From Auanema rhodensis (lineage: Eukaryota > Animalia > Nematoda): a DNA stretch of 64,000 nucleotides. Below the pieces are notes generated by a model, which did no database searches, was not told where the DNA came from, and was given only the letters and a program-made list of their open reading frames with translations. This document shows, one piece after another, positions 41,601 to 57,300 of this stretch; position 1 is the stretch's first letter, and every line of letters starts with the position of its first letter. The stretch lies in NCBI GenBank assembly GCA_964057225.1, contig OZ059898.1, forward strand, positions 17,856,001-17,920,000. Reading direction: 5' to 3'. A program made the position numbers and the translations under genes.

Positions 41601-43300
41601 TCAACATTGCTTCCAAAAACATTTTGACAAAAATTTTTTCGAAAAATTTCAGAATAATTTAGCAAAAAGTAGATGTTTTTAGATTTTTTTTTTTAAGGCA
41701 AAGACGATGGACAATGTTATTCAACGAAAAAATTAATTCTTCAGGGTGAAAATCGAGGATATAAGTGTGAACTTATATCAGTTGATATCTCGGTGCATTT
41801 TTAAGCTAGCGCAAATCTGATAACACAGATCGACGCAGCTTAAAAATCCGCATCGAATGCACTATACTACATTGAGAAACGCTTAATACAAAAATTTGTT
41901 ATGATCGTTTGGAAAATGATGCATTAGTGTATGTTGAGTTTCCATGTACACTCAACATTGCTTCCAAAAACATTTTGACAAAAATTTTTTCGAAAAATTT
42001 CAAAATAATTTCGCAAAAAGTAAATGTTTTTAAATTTCTTTTTTCAAGGCAAAGACGATGGACGATGTTATTCAACAAAAAAATTAATTCTTCAGGGTGA
42101 AAATCGAGGATATAAGTGTGAACTTATATCAGTTGATATCTCGGTGCATTTTTACGCTAGCGCAAATATGATAACACAGATCGACGCAGCTTAAAAATCC
42201 GCATCGAATGCACTATACTACATTGAGAAACGCTTGATACAAAAATTAGTTATGATCGTTTGAAAATGATGCATTAGTGTATTTTGAGTTTCCATGTACA
42301 CTCAACATTGCTTCCAAAAACATTTTGACAAAAATTTTTTCGAAAAATTTCAAAATAATTTCGCAAAAAGTAGATGTTTTTAAATTTCTTTTTTCAAGGC
42401 AAAGACGATGGACAATGTTATTCAACGAATAAATTAATTCTTCAGGGTGAAAATCGAGGATATAAGTGTGAACTTATATCAGTTGATATCTCGGTGCATT
42501 TTTAAGCTAGCGCAAATCAAATAACACAGATCGACGCAGCTTAAAAATCCGCATCGAATGCACTATACTACATTGAGAAAAGCTCAATACAAAAATTAGT
42601 TATGATCGTTTGAAAAATGATGCATTAGTGTATTTTGAGTTTCCATGTACTTTCAGCATTGCTTCCAAAAACATTTTGACAAAAATTTTTTCGAAAAATT
42701 TCAAAATAATTTCGCAAAAAGTAAATGTTTTTAGATTTCTTTTTTCAAGGCAAAGACGATGGACGATGTTATTCAACAAAAAAATTAATTCTTCAGGGTG
42801 AAAATCGAGGATATAAGTGTGAACTTATATCAGTTGATATCTCGGTGCACTTTTAAGCTAGCGCAAATCTGATAACACAGATCGACGCAGCTTAAAAATC
42901 CGCATCGAATGCACTATACTACATTGAGAAACGCTTAATACAAAAATTAGTTATGATCGTTTGGAAAATGATGCATTAGTGTATGTTGAGTTTCCATGTA
43001 CACTCAACATTGCTTCCAAAAACATTTTGACAAAAATTTTTTCGAAAAATTTCAGTATAATTTAGCAAAAAGTAGATGTTTTTAGATTCCTTTTCTCAAG
43101 GCAAAGACGATGGACAATGTTATTCAACGAAAAAATTAATTCTTCAGGGTGAAAATCGAGGATATAAGTGTGAACTTATATCAGTTGATATCTCGGTGCA
43201 CGTTTAAGCTAGCGCAAATCTGATAACACAGATCGACGCAGCTTAAAAATCCGCATCGAATGCACTATACTACATTGAGAAACGCTTGATACAAAAATTA
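35600..43300 (+). repeat. Domain marked by 349-bp double-deletion monomers (aacgaataaa) with irregular 3-, 4-, 7- and 11-mer periods
   Basis: 75-aa frameshift ORFs at 35967, 37369, 39824 and 40875 (spacings 1402, 2455, 1051). The haplotype aaatcaaataac...aaagctcaat...tactttcagc marks monomers 38754 and 42610 (spacing 3856). Confidence 0.8.
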
Positions 43301-43660
43301 GTTATGATCGTTTGAAAATGATGCATTAGTGTATTTTGAGTTTCCATGTACACTCAACATTGCTTCCAAAAACATTTTGACAAAAATTTTTTCGAAAAAT
43401 TTCAAAATAATTTCGCAAAAAGTAGATGTTTTTAGATTTTTTTTTTAAGGCAAAGACGATGGACAATGTTATTCAACGAAAAAATTAATTCTTCAGGGTG
43501 AAAATCGAGGATATAAGTGTGAGCTTATATCAGTTGATATCTCGGTGCATTTTTACGCTAGCGCAAATATGATAACACAGATCGACGCAGCTTAAAAATC
43601 CGCATCGAATGCACTATACTACATTGAGAAACGCTTGATACAAAAATTAGTTATGATCGT

Positions 43661-46600
43661 TTGAAAAATGATGCATTAGTGTATTTTGAGTTTCCATGTA
43701 CACTCAACATTGCTTCCAAAAACATTTTGACAAAAATTTTTTCGAAAAATTTCAAAATAATTTCGCAAAAAGTAAATGTTTTTAGATTTCTTTTTTCAAG
43801 GCAAAGACGATGGACGATGTTATTCAACAAAAAAATTAATTCTTCAGGGTGAAAATCGAGGATATAAGAGTGAACATATATCAGTTGATATCTCGGTGCA
43901 TTTTTACGCTAGCGCAAATCTGATAACGCAGATCGACGCAGCTTAAAAATCCGCATCGAATGCACTATACTACATTGAGAAACGCTTGATACAAAAATTA
44001 GTTATGATCGTTTGGAAAATGTTGCATTAGTGTATTTTGAGTTTCCATGTACACTCAACATTGCTTCCAAAAACATTTTGACAAAAATTTTTTCGAAAAA
44101 TTTCAAAATAATTTCGCAAAAAGTAAATGTTTTTAGATTCTTTTTTTTAAGGCAAAAACGATGGACAATGTTATTCAACGAAAAAATTAATTCTTCAGGG
44201 TGAAAATCGAGGATATAAGTGTGAACTTATATCAGTTGATATCTCGGTGCATTTTTACGCTAGCGCAAATCTGATAACACAGATCGACGCAGCTTAAAAA
44301 TCCGCATCGAATGCACTATACTACATTGAGAAACGCTTAATACAAAAATTTGTTATGATCGTTTGGAAAATGATGCATTAGTGTATGTTGAGTTTCCATG
44401 TACACTCAACATTGCTTCCAAAAACATTTTGACAAAAATTTTTTCGAAAAATTTCAAAATAATTTCGCAAAAAGTAGATGTTTTTAAATTTCTTTTTTCA
44501 AGGCAAAGACGATGGACAATGTTATTCAACGAAAAAATTAATTCTTCAGGGTGAAAATCGAGGATATAAGTGTGAACTTATATCAGTTGATATCTCGGTG
44601 CATTTTTAAGCTAGCGCAAATCTGATAACACAGATCGACGCAGCTTAAAAATCCGCATCGAATGCACTATACTACATTGAGAAACGCTTGATACAAAAAT
44701 TAGTTATGATCGTTTGGAAAATGATGCATTAGTGTATTTTGAGTTTCCATGTACACTCAACATTGCTTCCAAAAACATTTTGACAAAAATTTTTTCGAAA
44801 AATTTCAAAATAATTTCGCAAAAAGTAAATGTTTTTAGATTTCTTTTTTCAAGGCAAAGACGATGGACGATGTTATTCAACAAAAAAATTAATTCTTCAG
44901 GGTGAAAATCGAGGATATAAGTGTGAACTTATATCAGTTGATATCTCGGTGCATTTTTAAGCTAGCGCAAATCTGATAACACAGATCGACGCAGCTTAAA
45001 AATCCGCATCGAATGCACTATACTACATTGAGACACGCTTAATACAAAAATTTGTTATGATCGTTTGGAAAATGATGCATTAGTGTATGTTGAGTTTCCA
45101 TGTACACTCAACATTGCTTCCAAAAACATTTTGACAAAAATTTTTTCGAAAAATTTCAAAATAATTTCGCAAAAAGTAAATGTTTTTAGATTTTTTTTTT
45201 AAGGCAAAGACGATGGACGATGTTATTCAACAAAAAAATTAATTCTTCAGGGTGAAAATCGAGGATATAAGTGTGAACATATATCAGTTGATATCTCGGT
45301 GCATTTTTACGCTAGCGCAAATCTGATAACACAGATCGACGCAGCTTAAAAATCCGCATCGAATGCACTATACTACATTGAGAAACGCTTGATACAAAAA
45401 TTAGTTATGATCGTTTGGAAAATGTTGCATTAGTGTATTTTGAGTTTCCATGTACACTCAACATTGCTTCCAAAAACATTTTGACAAAAATTTTTTCGAA
45501 AAATTTCAAAATAATTTCGCAAAAAGTAAATGTTTTTAGATTCTTTTTTTTAAGGCAAAAACGATGGACAATGTTATTCAACGAAAAAATTAATTCTTCA
45601 GGGTGAAAATCGAGGATATAAGTGTGAACTTATATCAGTTGATATCTCGGTGCATTTTTACGCTAGCGCAAATCTGATAACACAGATCGACGCAGCTTAA
45701 AAATCCGCATCGAATGCACTATACTACATTGAGAAACGCTTAATACAAAAATTTGTTATGATCGTTTGGAAAATGATGCATTAGTGTATGTTGAGTTTCC
45801 ATGTACACTCAACATTGCTTCCAAAAACATTTTGACAAAACTTTTTTCGAAAAATTTCAAAATAATTTCGCAAAAAGTAGATGTTTTTAAATTTCTTTTT
45901 TCAAGGCAAAGACGATGGACAATGTTATTCAACGAAAAAATTAATTCTTCAGGGTGAAAATCGAGGATATAAGTGTGAACTTATATCAGTTGATATCTCG
46001 GTGCATTTTTAAGCTAGCGCAAATCTGATAACACAGATCGACGCAGCTTAAAAATCCGCATCGAATGCACTATACTACATTGAGACACGCTTAATACAAA
46101 AATTTGTTATGATCGTTTGGAAAATGATGCATTAGTGTATGTTGAGTTTCCAGTACACTCAACATTGCTTCCAAAAACATTTTGACAAAAATTTTTTCGA
46201 AAAATTTCAAAATAATTTCGCAAAAAGTAGATGTTTTTAAATTTCTTTTTTCAAGGCAAAGACGATGGACAATGTTATTCAACGAAAAAATTAATTCTTC
46301 AGGGTGAAAATCGAGGATATAAGTGTGAACTTATATCAGTTGATATCTCGGTGCATTTTTAAGCTAGCGCAAATCTGATAACACAGATCGACGCAGCTTA
46401 AAAATCCGCATCGAATGCACTATACTACATTGAGAAACGCTTGATACAAAAATTAGTTATGATCGTTTGGAAAATGATGCATTAGTGTATTTTGAGTTTC
46501 CATGTACACTCAACATTGCTTCCAAAAACATTTTGACAAAAATTTTTTCGAAAAATTTCAAAATAATTTCGCAAAAAGTAAATGTTTTTAGATTTCTTTT

Positions 46601-49600
46601 TTCAAGGCAAAGACGATGGACGATGTTATTCAACAAAAAAATTAATTCTTCAGGGTGAAAATCGAGGATATAAGTGTGAACTCATATCAGTTGATATCTC
46701 GGTGCATTTTTAAGCTAGCGCAAATCTGATAACACAGATCGACGCAGCTTAAAAATCCGCATCGAATGCACTATACTACATTGAGACACGCTTAATACAA
46801 AAATTTGTTATGATCGTTTGGAAAATGATGCATTAGTGTATGTTGAGTTTCCAGTACACTCAACATTGCTTCCAAAAACATTTTGACAGAAATTTTTTCG
46901 AAAAATTTCAAAATAATTTCGCAAAAAGTAAATGTTTTTAGATTTTTTTTTTAAGGCAAAGACGATGGACGATGTTATTCAACAAAAAAATTAATTCTTC
47001 AGGGTGAAAATCGAGGATATAAGTGTGAACATATATCAGTTGATATCTCGGTGCATTTTTACGCTAGCGCAAATCTGATAACACAGATCGACGCAGCTTA
47101 AAAATCCGCATCGAATGCACTATACTACATTGAGAAACGCTTGATACAAAAATTAGTTATGATCGTTTGGAAAATGTTGCATTAGTGTATTTTGAGTTTC
47201 CATGTACACTCAACATTGCTTCCAAAAACATTTTGACAAAAATTTTTTCGAAAAATTTCAAAATAATTTCGCAAAAAGTAAATGTTTTTAGATTCTTTTT
47301 TTTAAGGCAAAAACGATGGACAATGTTATTCAACGAAAAAATTAATTCTTCAGGGTGAAAATCGAGGATATAAGTGTGAACTTATATCAGTTGATATCTC
47401 GGTGCATTTTTACGCTAGCGCAAATCTGATAACACAGATCGACGCAGCTTAAAAATCCGCATCGAATGCACTATACTACATTGAGAAACGCTTAATACAA
47501 AAATTTGTTATGATCGTTTGGAAAATGATGCATTAGTGTATGTTGAGTTTCCATGTACACTCAACATTGCTTCCAAAAACATTTTGACAAAAATTTTTTC
47601 GAAAAATTTCAAAATAATTTCGCAAAAAGTAGATGTTTTTAAATTTCTTTTTTCAAGGCAAAGACGATGGACAATGTTATTCAACGAAAAAATTAATTCT
47701 TCAGGGTGAAAATCGAGGATATAAGTGTGAACTTATATCAGTTGATATCTCGGTGCATTTTTAAGCTAGCGCAAATCTGATAACACAGATCGACGCAGCT
47801 TAAAAATCCGCATCGAATGCACTATACTACATTGAGAAACGCTTGATACAAAAATTAGTTATGATCGTTTGGAAAATGATGCATTAGTGTATTTTGAGTT
47901 TCCATGTACACTCAACATTGCTTCCAAAAACATTTTGACAAAAATTTTTTCGAAAAATTTCAAAATAATTTCGCAAAAAGTAAATGTTTTTAGATTTCTT
48001 TTTTCAAGGCAAAGACGATGGACGATGTTATTCAACAAAAAAATTAATTCTTCAGGGTGAAAATCGAGGATATAAGTGTGAACTTATATCAGTTGATATC
48101 TCGGTGCATTTTTAAGCTAGCGCAAATCTGATAACACAGATCGACGCAGCTTAAAAATCCGCATCGAATGCACTATACTACATTGAGACACGCTTAATAC
48201 AAAAATTTGTTATGATCGTTTGGAAAATGATGCATTAGTGTATGTTGAGTTTCCATGTACACTCAACATTGCTTCCAAAAACATTTTGACAAAAATTTTT
48301 TCGAAAAATTTCAAAATAATTTCGCAAAAAGTAAATGTTTTTAGATTTTTTTTTAAGGCAAAGACGATGGACGATGTTATTCAACAAAAAAATTAATTCT
48401 TCAGGGTGAAAATCGAGGATATAAGTGTGAACATATATCAGTTGATATCTCGGTGCATTTTTACGCTAGCGCAAATCTGATAACACAGATCGACGCAGCT
48501 CAAAAATCCGCATCGAATGCACTATACTACATTGAGAAACGCTTGATACAAAAATTAGTTATGATCGTTTGGAAAATGTTGCATTAGTGTATTTTGAGTT
48601 TCCATGTACACTCAACATTGCTTCCAAAAACATTTTGACAAAAATTTTTTCGAAAAATTTCAAAATAATTTCGCAAAAAGTAAATGTTTTTAGATTCTTT
48701 TTTTTAAGGCAAAAACGATGGACAATGTTATTCAACGAAAAAATTAATTCTTCAGGGTGAAAATCGAGGATATAAGTGTGAACTTATATCAGTTGATATC
48801 TCGGTGCATTTTTAAGCTAGCGCAAATCTGATAACACAGATCGACGCAGCTTAAAAATCCGCATCGAATGCACTATACTACATTGAGACACGCTTAATAC
48901 AAAAATTTGTTATGATCGTTTGGAAAATGATGCATTAGTGTATGTTGAGTTTCCAGTACACTCAACATTGCTTCCAAAAACATTTTGACAGAAATTTTTT
49001 CGAAAAATTTCAAAATAATTTCGCAAAAAGTAAATGTTTTTAGATTTTTTTTTTAAGGCAAAGACGATGGACGATGTTATTCAACAAAAAAATTAATTCT
49101 TCAGGGTGAAAATCGAGGATATAAGTGTGAACATATATCAGTTGATATCTCGGTGCATTTTTACGCTAGCGCAAATCTGATAACACAGATCGACGCAGCT
49201 TAAAAATCCGCATCGAATGCACTATACTACATTGAGAAACGCTTGATACAAAAATTAGTTATGATCGTTTGGAAAATGTTGCATTAGTGTATTTTGAGTT
49301 TCCATGTACACTCAACATTGCTTCCAAAAACATTTTGACAAAAATTTTTTCGAAAAATTTCAAAATAATTTCGCAAAAAGTAAATGTTTTTAGATTCTTT
49401 TTTTTAAGGCAAAAACGATGGACAATGTTATTCAACGAAAAAATTAATTCTTCAGGGTGAAAATCGAGGATATAAGTGTGAACTTATATCAGTTGATATC
49501 TCGGTGCATTTTTACGCTAGCGCAAATCTGATAACACAGATCGACGCAGCTTAAAAATCCGCATCGAATGCACTATACTACATTGAGAAACGCTTAATAC

Positions 49601-51372
49601 AAAAATTTGTTATGATCGTTTGGAAAATGATGCATTAGTGTATGTTGAGTTTCCATGTACACTCAACATTGCTTCCAAAAACATTTTGACAAAAATTTTT
49701 TCGAAAAATTTCAAAATAATTTCGCAAAAAGTAGATGTTTTTAAATTTCTTTTTTCAAGGCAAAGACGATGGACAATGTTATTCAACGAAAAAATTAATT
49801 CTTCAGGGTGAAAATCGAGGATATAAGTGTGAACTTATATCAGTTGATATCTCGGTGCATTTTTAAGCTAGCGCAAATCTGATAACACAGATCGACGCAG
49901 CTTAAAAATCCGCATCGAATGCACTATACTACATTGAGAAACGCTTGATACAAAAATTAGTTATGATCGTTTGGAAAATGATGCATTAGTGTATTTTGAG
50001 TTTCCATGTACACTCAACATTGCTTCCAAAAACATTTTGACAAAAATTTTTTCGAAAAATTTCAAAATAATTTCGCAAAAAGTAAATGTTTTTAGATTTC
50101 TTTTTTCAAGGCAAAGACGATGGACGATGTTATTCAACAAAAAAATTAATTCTTCAGGGTGAAAATCGAGGATATAAGTGTGAACTTATATCAGTTGATA
50201 TCTCGGTGCATTTTTAAGCTAGCGCAAATCTGATAACACAGATCGACGCAGCTTAAAAATCCGCATCGAATGCACTATACTACATTGAGACACGCTTAAT
50301 ACAAAAATTTGTTATGATCGTTTGGAAAATGATGCATTAGTGTATGTTGAGTTTCCATGTACACTCAACATTGCTTCCAAAAACATTTTGACAAAAATTT
50401 TTTCGAAAAATTTCAAAATAATTTCGCAAAAAGTAAATGTTTTTAGATTTTTTTTTAAGGCAAAGACGATGGACGATGTTATTCAACAAAAAAATTAATT
50501 CTTCAGGGTGAAAATCGAGGATATAAGTGTGAACATATATCAGTTGATATCTCGGTGCATTTTTACGCTAGCGCAAATCTGATAACACAGATCGACGCAG
50601 CTCAAAAATCCGCATCGAATGCACTATACTACATTGAGAAACGCTTGATACAAAAATTAGTTATGATCGTTTGGAAAATGTTGCATTAGTGTATTTTGAG
50701 TTTCCATGTACACTCAACATTGCTTCCAAAAACATTTTGACAAAAATTTTTTCGAAAAATTTCAAAATAATTTCGCAAAAAGTAAATGTTTTTAGATTCT
50801 TTTTTTTAAGGCAAAAACGATGGACAATGTTATTCAACGAAAAAATTAATTCTTCAGGGTGAAAATCGAGGATATAAGTGTGAACTTATATCAGTTGATA
50901 TCTCGGTGCATTTTTACGCTAGCGCAAATCTGATAACACAGATCGACGCAGCTTAAAAATCCGCATCGAATGCACTATACTGCATTGAGAAACGCTTGAT
51001 ACAAAAATTAGTTATGATCGTTTGGAAAATGATGCATTAGTGTATTTTGAGTTTCCATGTACACTCAACATTGCTTCCAAAAACATTTTGACAAAAATTT
51101 TTTCGAAAAATTTCAAAATAATTTCGCAAAAAGTAAATGTTTTTAGATTTCTTTTTTCAAGGCAAAGACGATGGACGATGTTATTCAACAAAAAAATTAA
51201 TTCTTCAGGGTGAAAATCGAGGATATAAGTGTGAACTTATATCAGTTGATATCTCGGTGCATTTTTAAGCTAGCGCAAATCTGATAACACAGATCGACGC
51301 AGCTTAAAAATCCGCATCGAATGCACTATACTACATTGAGACACGCTTAATACAAAAATTTGTTATGATCGT
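43661..51372 (+). repeat. Domain with a ~4-mer base repeat and a 6-mer (2102-bp) duplication
   Basis: The ggaaaatgttgc marker (MENVAL ORFs) occurs at 44012, 45415, 47167, 48569, 49269 and 50671. The rare haplotype ccagtacact + gacagaaat occurs at ~46851 and ~48953, and gctcaaaaat at ~48498 and ~50600. Confidence 0.85.
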
Positions 51373-54300
51373 TTGGAAAATGATGCATTAGTGTATGTTG
51401 AGTTTCCATGTACACTCAACATTGCTTCCAAAAACATTTTGACAAAAATTTTTTCGAAAAATTTCAAAATAATTTCGCAAAAAGTAAATGTTTTTAGATT
51501 CTTTTTTTTAAGGCAAAAACGATGGACAATGTTATTCAATGAAAAAATTAATTCTTCAGGGTGAAAATCGAGGATATAAGTGTGAGCTTATATCAGTTGA
51601 TATCTCGGTGCATTTTTAAGCTAGCGCAAATCTGATAACACAGATCGACGCAGCTTAAAAATCCGCATCGAATGCACTATATTACATTGAGAAACGCTTG
51701 ATATAAAAATTAGTTATGATCGTTTGAAAAATGATGCATTAGTGTTTTTTGAGTTTCCATGTACACTCAACATTGCTTCCAAAAACATTTTGACAAAAAT
51801 TTTTTCGAAAAATTTCGAAATAATTTCGCAAAAAGTAGATGTTTTTAGATTTTTTTTTTCAAGGCAAAGACGATGGACAATGTTATTCAACGAAAAAATT
51901 AATTCTTCAGGGTGAAAATCGAGGATATAAGTGTGAGCTTATATCAGTTGATATCTCGGTCCATTTTCAAGCTGGCGCAAATCTAATAACACAGATCGAC
52001 GCAGCTTAAAAATCCGCATCGAATGCACTATACTACATTGAGAAACGCTTGATATAAAAATTAGTTATGATCGTTTGAAAAATGATGCATTAGTGTTTTT
52101 TGAGTTTCCATGTACACTCAACATTGCTTCCAAAAACATTTTGACAAAAATTTTTTCGAAAAATTTCAAAATAATTTCGCAAAAAGTAGATGTTTTTAGA
52201 TTTTTTTTTTCAAGGCAAAGACGATGGACAATGTTATTCAACGAAAAAATTAATTCTTCAGGGTGAAAATCGAGGATATAAGTGTGAGCTTATATCAGTT
52301 GATATCTCGGTCCATTTTCAAGCTGGCGCAAATCTAATAACACAGATCGACGCAGCTTAAAAATCCGCATCGAATGCACTATACTACATTGAGAAACGCT
52401 TGATATAAAAATTAGTTATGATCGTTTGAAAAATGATGCATTAGTGTTTTTTGAGTTTCCATGTACACTCAACATTGCTTCCAAAAACATTTTGACAAAA
52501 ATTTTTTCGAAAAATTTCAAAATAATTTCGCAAAAAGTAGATGTTTTTAGATTTTTTTTTTCAAGGCAAAGACGATGGACAATGTTATTCAACGAAAAAA
52601 TTAATTCTTCAGGGTGAAAATCGAGGATATAAGTGTGAGCTTATATCAGTTGATATCTCGGTGCATTTTCAAGCTAGCGCAAATCTAATAACACAGATCG
52701 ACGCAGCTTAAAAATCCGCATCGAATGCACTATACTACATTGAGAAACGCTTGATACAAAAATTAGTTATGATCGTTTGAAAAATGATGCATTAGTGTTT
52801 TTTGAGTTTCCATGTACACTCAACATTGCTTCCAAAAACATTTTGACAAAAATTTTTTCGAAAAATTTCAAAATAATTTCGCAAAAAGTAGATGTTTTTA
52901 AATTTCTTTTTTCAAGGCAAAGACGATGGACAATGTTATTCAACAAAAAAATTAATTCTTCAGGGTGAAAATCGAGGATATAAGTGTGAACTTATATCAG
53001 TTGATATCTCGGTGCATTTTTAAGCTAGCGCAAATCTGATAACACAGATCGACGCAGCTTAAAAATCCGCATCGAATGCACTATATTACATTGAGAAACG
53101 CTTGATATAAAAATTAGTTATGATCGTTTGAAAAATGATGCATTAGTGTTTTTTGAGTTTCCATGTACACTCAACATTGCTTCCAAAAACATTTTGACAA
53201 AAATTTTTTCGAAAAATTTCAAAATAATTTCGCAAAAAGTAGATGTTTTTAGATTTTTTTTTTCAAGGCAAAGACGATGGACAATGTTATTCAACGAAAA
53301 AATTAATTCTTCAGGGTGAAAATCGAGGATATAAGTGTGAGCTTATATCAGTTGATATCTCGGTCCATTTTCAAGCTGGCGCAAATCTAATAACACAGAT
53401 CGACGCAGCTTAAAAATCCGCATCGAATGCACTATACTACATTGAGAAACGCTTGATATAAAAATTAGTTATGATCGTTTGAAAAATGATGCATTAGTGT
53501 TTTTTGAGTTTCCATGTACACTCAACATTGCTTCCAAAAACATTTTGACAAAAATTTTTTCGAAAAATTTCAAAATAATTTCGCAAAAAGTAGATGTTTT
53601 TAGATTTTTTTTTTCAAGGCAAAGACGATGGACAATGTTATTCAACGAAAAAATTAATTCTTCAGGGTGAAAATCGAGGATATAAGTGTGAGCTTATATC
53701 AGTTGATATCTCGGTGCATTTTCAAGCTAGCGTTAAATCTAATAACACAGATCGACGCAGCTTAAAAATCCGCATCGAATGCACTATACTACATTGAGAA
53801 ACGCTTGATACAAAAATTAGTTATGATCGTTTGAAAAATGATGCATTAGTGTTTTTTGAGTTTCCATGTACACTCAACATTGCTTCCAAAAACATTTTGA
53901 CAAAAATTTTTTCGAAAAATTTCAAAATAATTTCGCAAAAAGTAGATGTTTTTAGATTTTTTTTTTCAAGGCAAAGACGATGGACAATGTTATTCAACGA
54001 AAAAATTAATTCTTCAGGGTGAAAATCGAGGATATAAGTGTGAACTTATATCAGTTGATATCTCGGTGCATTTTTAAGCTAGCGCAAATCTAATAACACA
54101 GATCGACGCAGCTTAAAAATCCGCATCGAATGCACTATACTACATTAAGAAAAGCTTAATACAAAAATTAGTTATGATCGTTTGAAAAATGATGCATTAG
54201 TGTATTTTGAGTTTCCATGTACTTTCAGCATTGCTTCCAAAAACATTTTGACAAAAATTTTTTCGAAAAATTTCAAAATAATTTCGCAAAAAGTAGATGT

Positions 54301-57300
54301 TTTTAGATTTTTTTTTTCAAGGCAAAGACGATGAACAATGTTATTCAACGAAAAAATTAATTCTTCAGGGTGAAAATCGAGGATATAAGTGTGAACTTAT
54401 ATCAGTTGATATCTCGGTGCATTTTTAAGCTAGCGCAAATCTGATAACACAGATCGACGCAGCTTAAAAATCCGCATCGAATGCACTATACTACATTGAG
54501 AAACGCTTGATATAAAAATTAGTTATGATCGTTTGAAAAATGATGCATTAGTGTTTTTTGAGTTTCCATGTACACTCAACATTGCTTCCAAAAACATTTT
54601 GACAAAAATTTTTTCGAAAAATTTCAAAATAATTTCGCAAAAAGTAGATGTTTTTAGATTTTTTTTTTCAAGGCAAAGACGATGGACAATGTTATTCAAC
54701 GAAAAAATTAATTCTTCAGGGTGAAAATCGAGGATATAAGTGTGAGCTTATATCAGTTGATATCTCGGTGCATTTTCAAGCTAGCGCAAATCTAATAACA
54801 CAGATCGACGCAGCTTAAAAATCCGCATCGAATGCACTATACTACATTGAGAAACGCTTGATACAAAAATTAGTTATGATCGTTTGAAAAATGATGCATT
54901 AGTGTTTTTTGAGTTTCCATGTACACTCAACATTGCTTCCAAAAACATTTTGACAAAAATTTTTTCGAAAAATTTCAAAATAATTTCGCAAAAAGTAGAT
55001 GTTTTTAAATTTCTTTTTTCAAGGCAAAGACGATGGACAATGTTATTCAACAAAAAAATTAATTCTTCAGGGTGAAAATCGAGGATATAAGTGTGAACTT
55101 ATATCAGTTGATATCTCGGTGCATTTTTAAGCTAGCGCAAATCTGATAACACAGATCGACGCAGCTTAAAAATCCGCATCGAATGCACTATACTACATTG
55201 AGACACGCTTAATACAAAAATTTGTTATGATCGTTTGGAAAATGATGCATTAGTGTATGTTGAGTTTCCATGTACACTCAACATTGCTTCCAAAAACATT
55301 TTGACAAAAATTTTTTCGAAAAATTTCAAAATAATTTCGCAAAAAGTAAATGTTTTTAGATTCTTTTTTTTAAGGCAAAAACGATGGACAATGTTATTCA
55401 ATGAAAAAATTAATTCTTCAGGGTGAAAATCGAGGATATAAGTGTGAGCTTATATCAGTTGATATCTCGGTGCATTTTTAAGCTAGCGCAAATCTGATAA
55501 CACAGATCGACGCAGCTTAAAAATCCGTATCGAATGCACTATATTACATTGAGAAACGCTTGATATAAAAATTAGTTATGATCGTTTGAAAAATGATGCA
55601 TTAGTGTTTTTTGAGTTTCCATGTACACTCAACATTGCTTCCAAAAACATTTTGACAAAAATTTTTTCGAAAAATTTCAAAATAATTTCGCAAAAAGTAG
55701 ATGTTTTTAGATTTTTTTTTTCAAGGCAAAGACGATGGACAATGTTATTCAACGAAAAAATTAATTCTTCAGGGTGAAAATCGAGGATATAAGTGTGAGC
55801 TTATATCAGTTGATATCTCGGTCCATTTTCAAGCTGGCGCAAATCTAATAACACAGATCGACGCAGCTTAAAAATCCGCATCGAATGCACTATACTACAT
55901 TGAGAAACGCTTGATATAAAAATTAGTTATGATCGTTTGAAAAATGATGCATTAGTGTTTTTTGAGTTTCCATGTACACTCAACATTGCTTCCAAAAACA
56001 TTTTGACAAAAATTTTTTCGAAAAATTTCAAAATAATTTCGCAAAAAGTAGATGTTTTTAGATTTTTTTTTTCAAGGCAAAGACGATGGACAATGTTATT
56101 CAACGAAAAAATTAATTCTTCAGGGTGAAAATCGAGGATATAAGTGTGAGCTTATATCAGTTGATATCTCGGTGCATTTTCAAGCTAGCGCAAATCTAAT
56201 AACACAGATCGACGCAGCTTAAAAATCCGCATCGAATGCACTATACTACATTGAGAAACGCTTGATACAAAAATTAGTTATGATCGTTTGAAAAATGATG
56301 CATTAGTGTTTTTTGAGTTTCCATGTACACTCAACATTGCTTCCAAAAACATTTTGACAAAAATTTTTTCGAAAAATTTCAAAATAATTTCGCAAAAAGT
56401 AGATGTTTTTAGATTTTTTTTTTCAAGGCAAAGACGATGGACAATGTTATTCAACGAAAAAATTAATTCTTCAGGGTGAAAATCGAGGATATAAGTGTGA
56501 ACTTATATCAGTTGATATCTCGGTGCATTTTTAAGCTAGCGCAAATCTAATAACACAGATCGACGCAGCTTAAAAATCCGCATCGAATGCACTATACTAC
56601 ATTAAGAAAAGCTTAATACAAAAATTAGTTATGATCGTTTGAAAAATGATGCATTAGTGTATTTTGAGTTTCCATGTACTTTCAGCATTGCTTCCAAAAA
56701 CATTTTGACAAAAATTTTTTCGAAAAATTTCAAAATAATTTCGCAAAAAGTAGATGTTTTTAGATTTTTTTTTTCAAGGCAAAGACGATGAACAATGTTA
56801 TTCAACGAAAAAATTAATTCTTCAGGGTGAAAATCGAGGATATAAGTGTGAACTTATATCAGTTGATATCTCGGTGCATTTTTAAGCTAGCGCAAATCTG
56901 ATAACACAGATCGACGCAGCTTAAAAATCCGCATCGAATGCACTATACTACATTGAGAAACGCTTGATACAAAAATTAGTTATGATCGTTTGGAAAATGA
57001 TGCATTAGTGTATTTTGAGTTTCCATGTACACTCAACATTGCTTCCAAAAACATTTTGACAAAAATTTTTTCGAAAAATTTCAAAATAATTTCGCAAAAA
57101 GTAGATGTTTTTAGATTTTTTTTTTCAAGGCAAAGACGATGGACAATGTTATTCAACGAAAAAATTAATTCTTCAGGGTGAAAATCGAGGATATAAGTGT
57201 GAACTTATATCAGTTGATATCTCGGTGCATTTTTCAGCTAGCGCAAATCTAATAACACAGATCGACGCAGCTTAAAAATCCGCATCGAATGCACTATACT

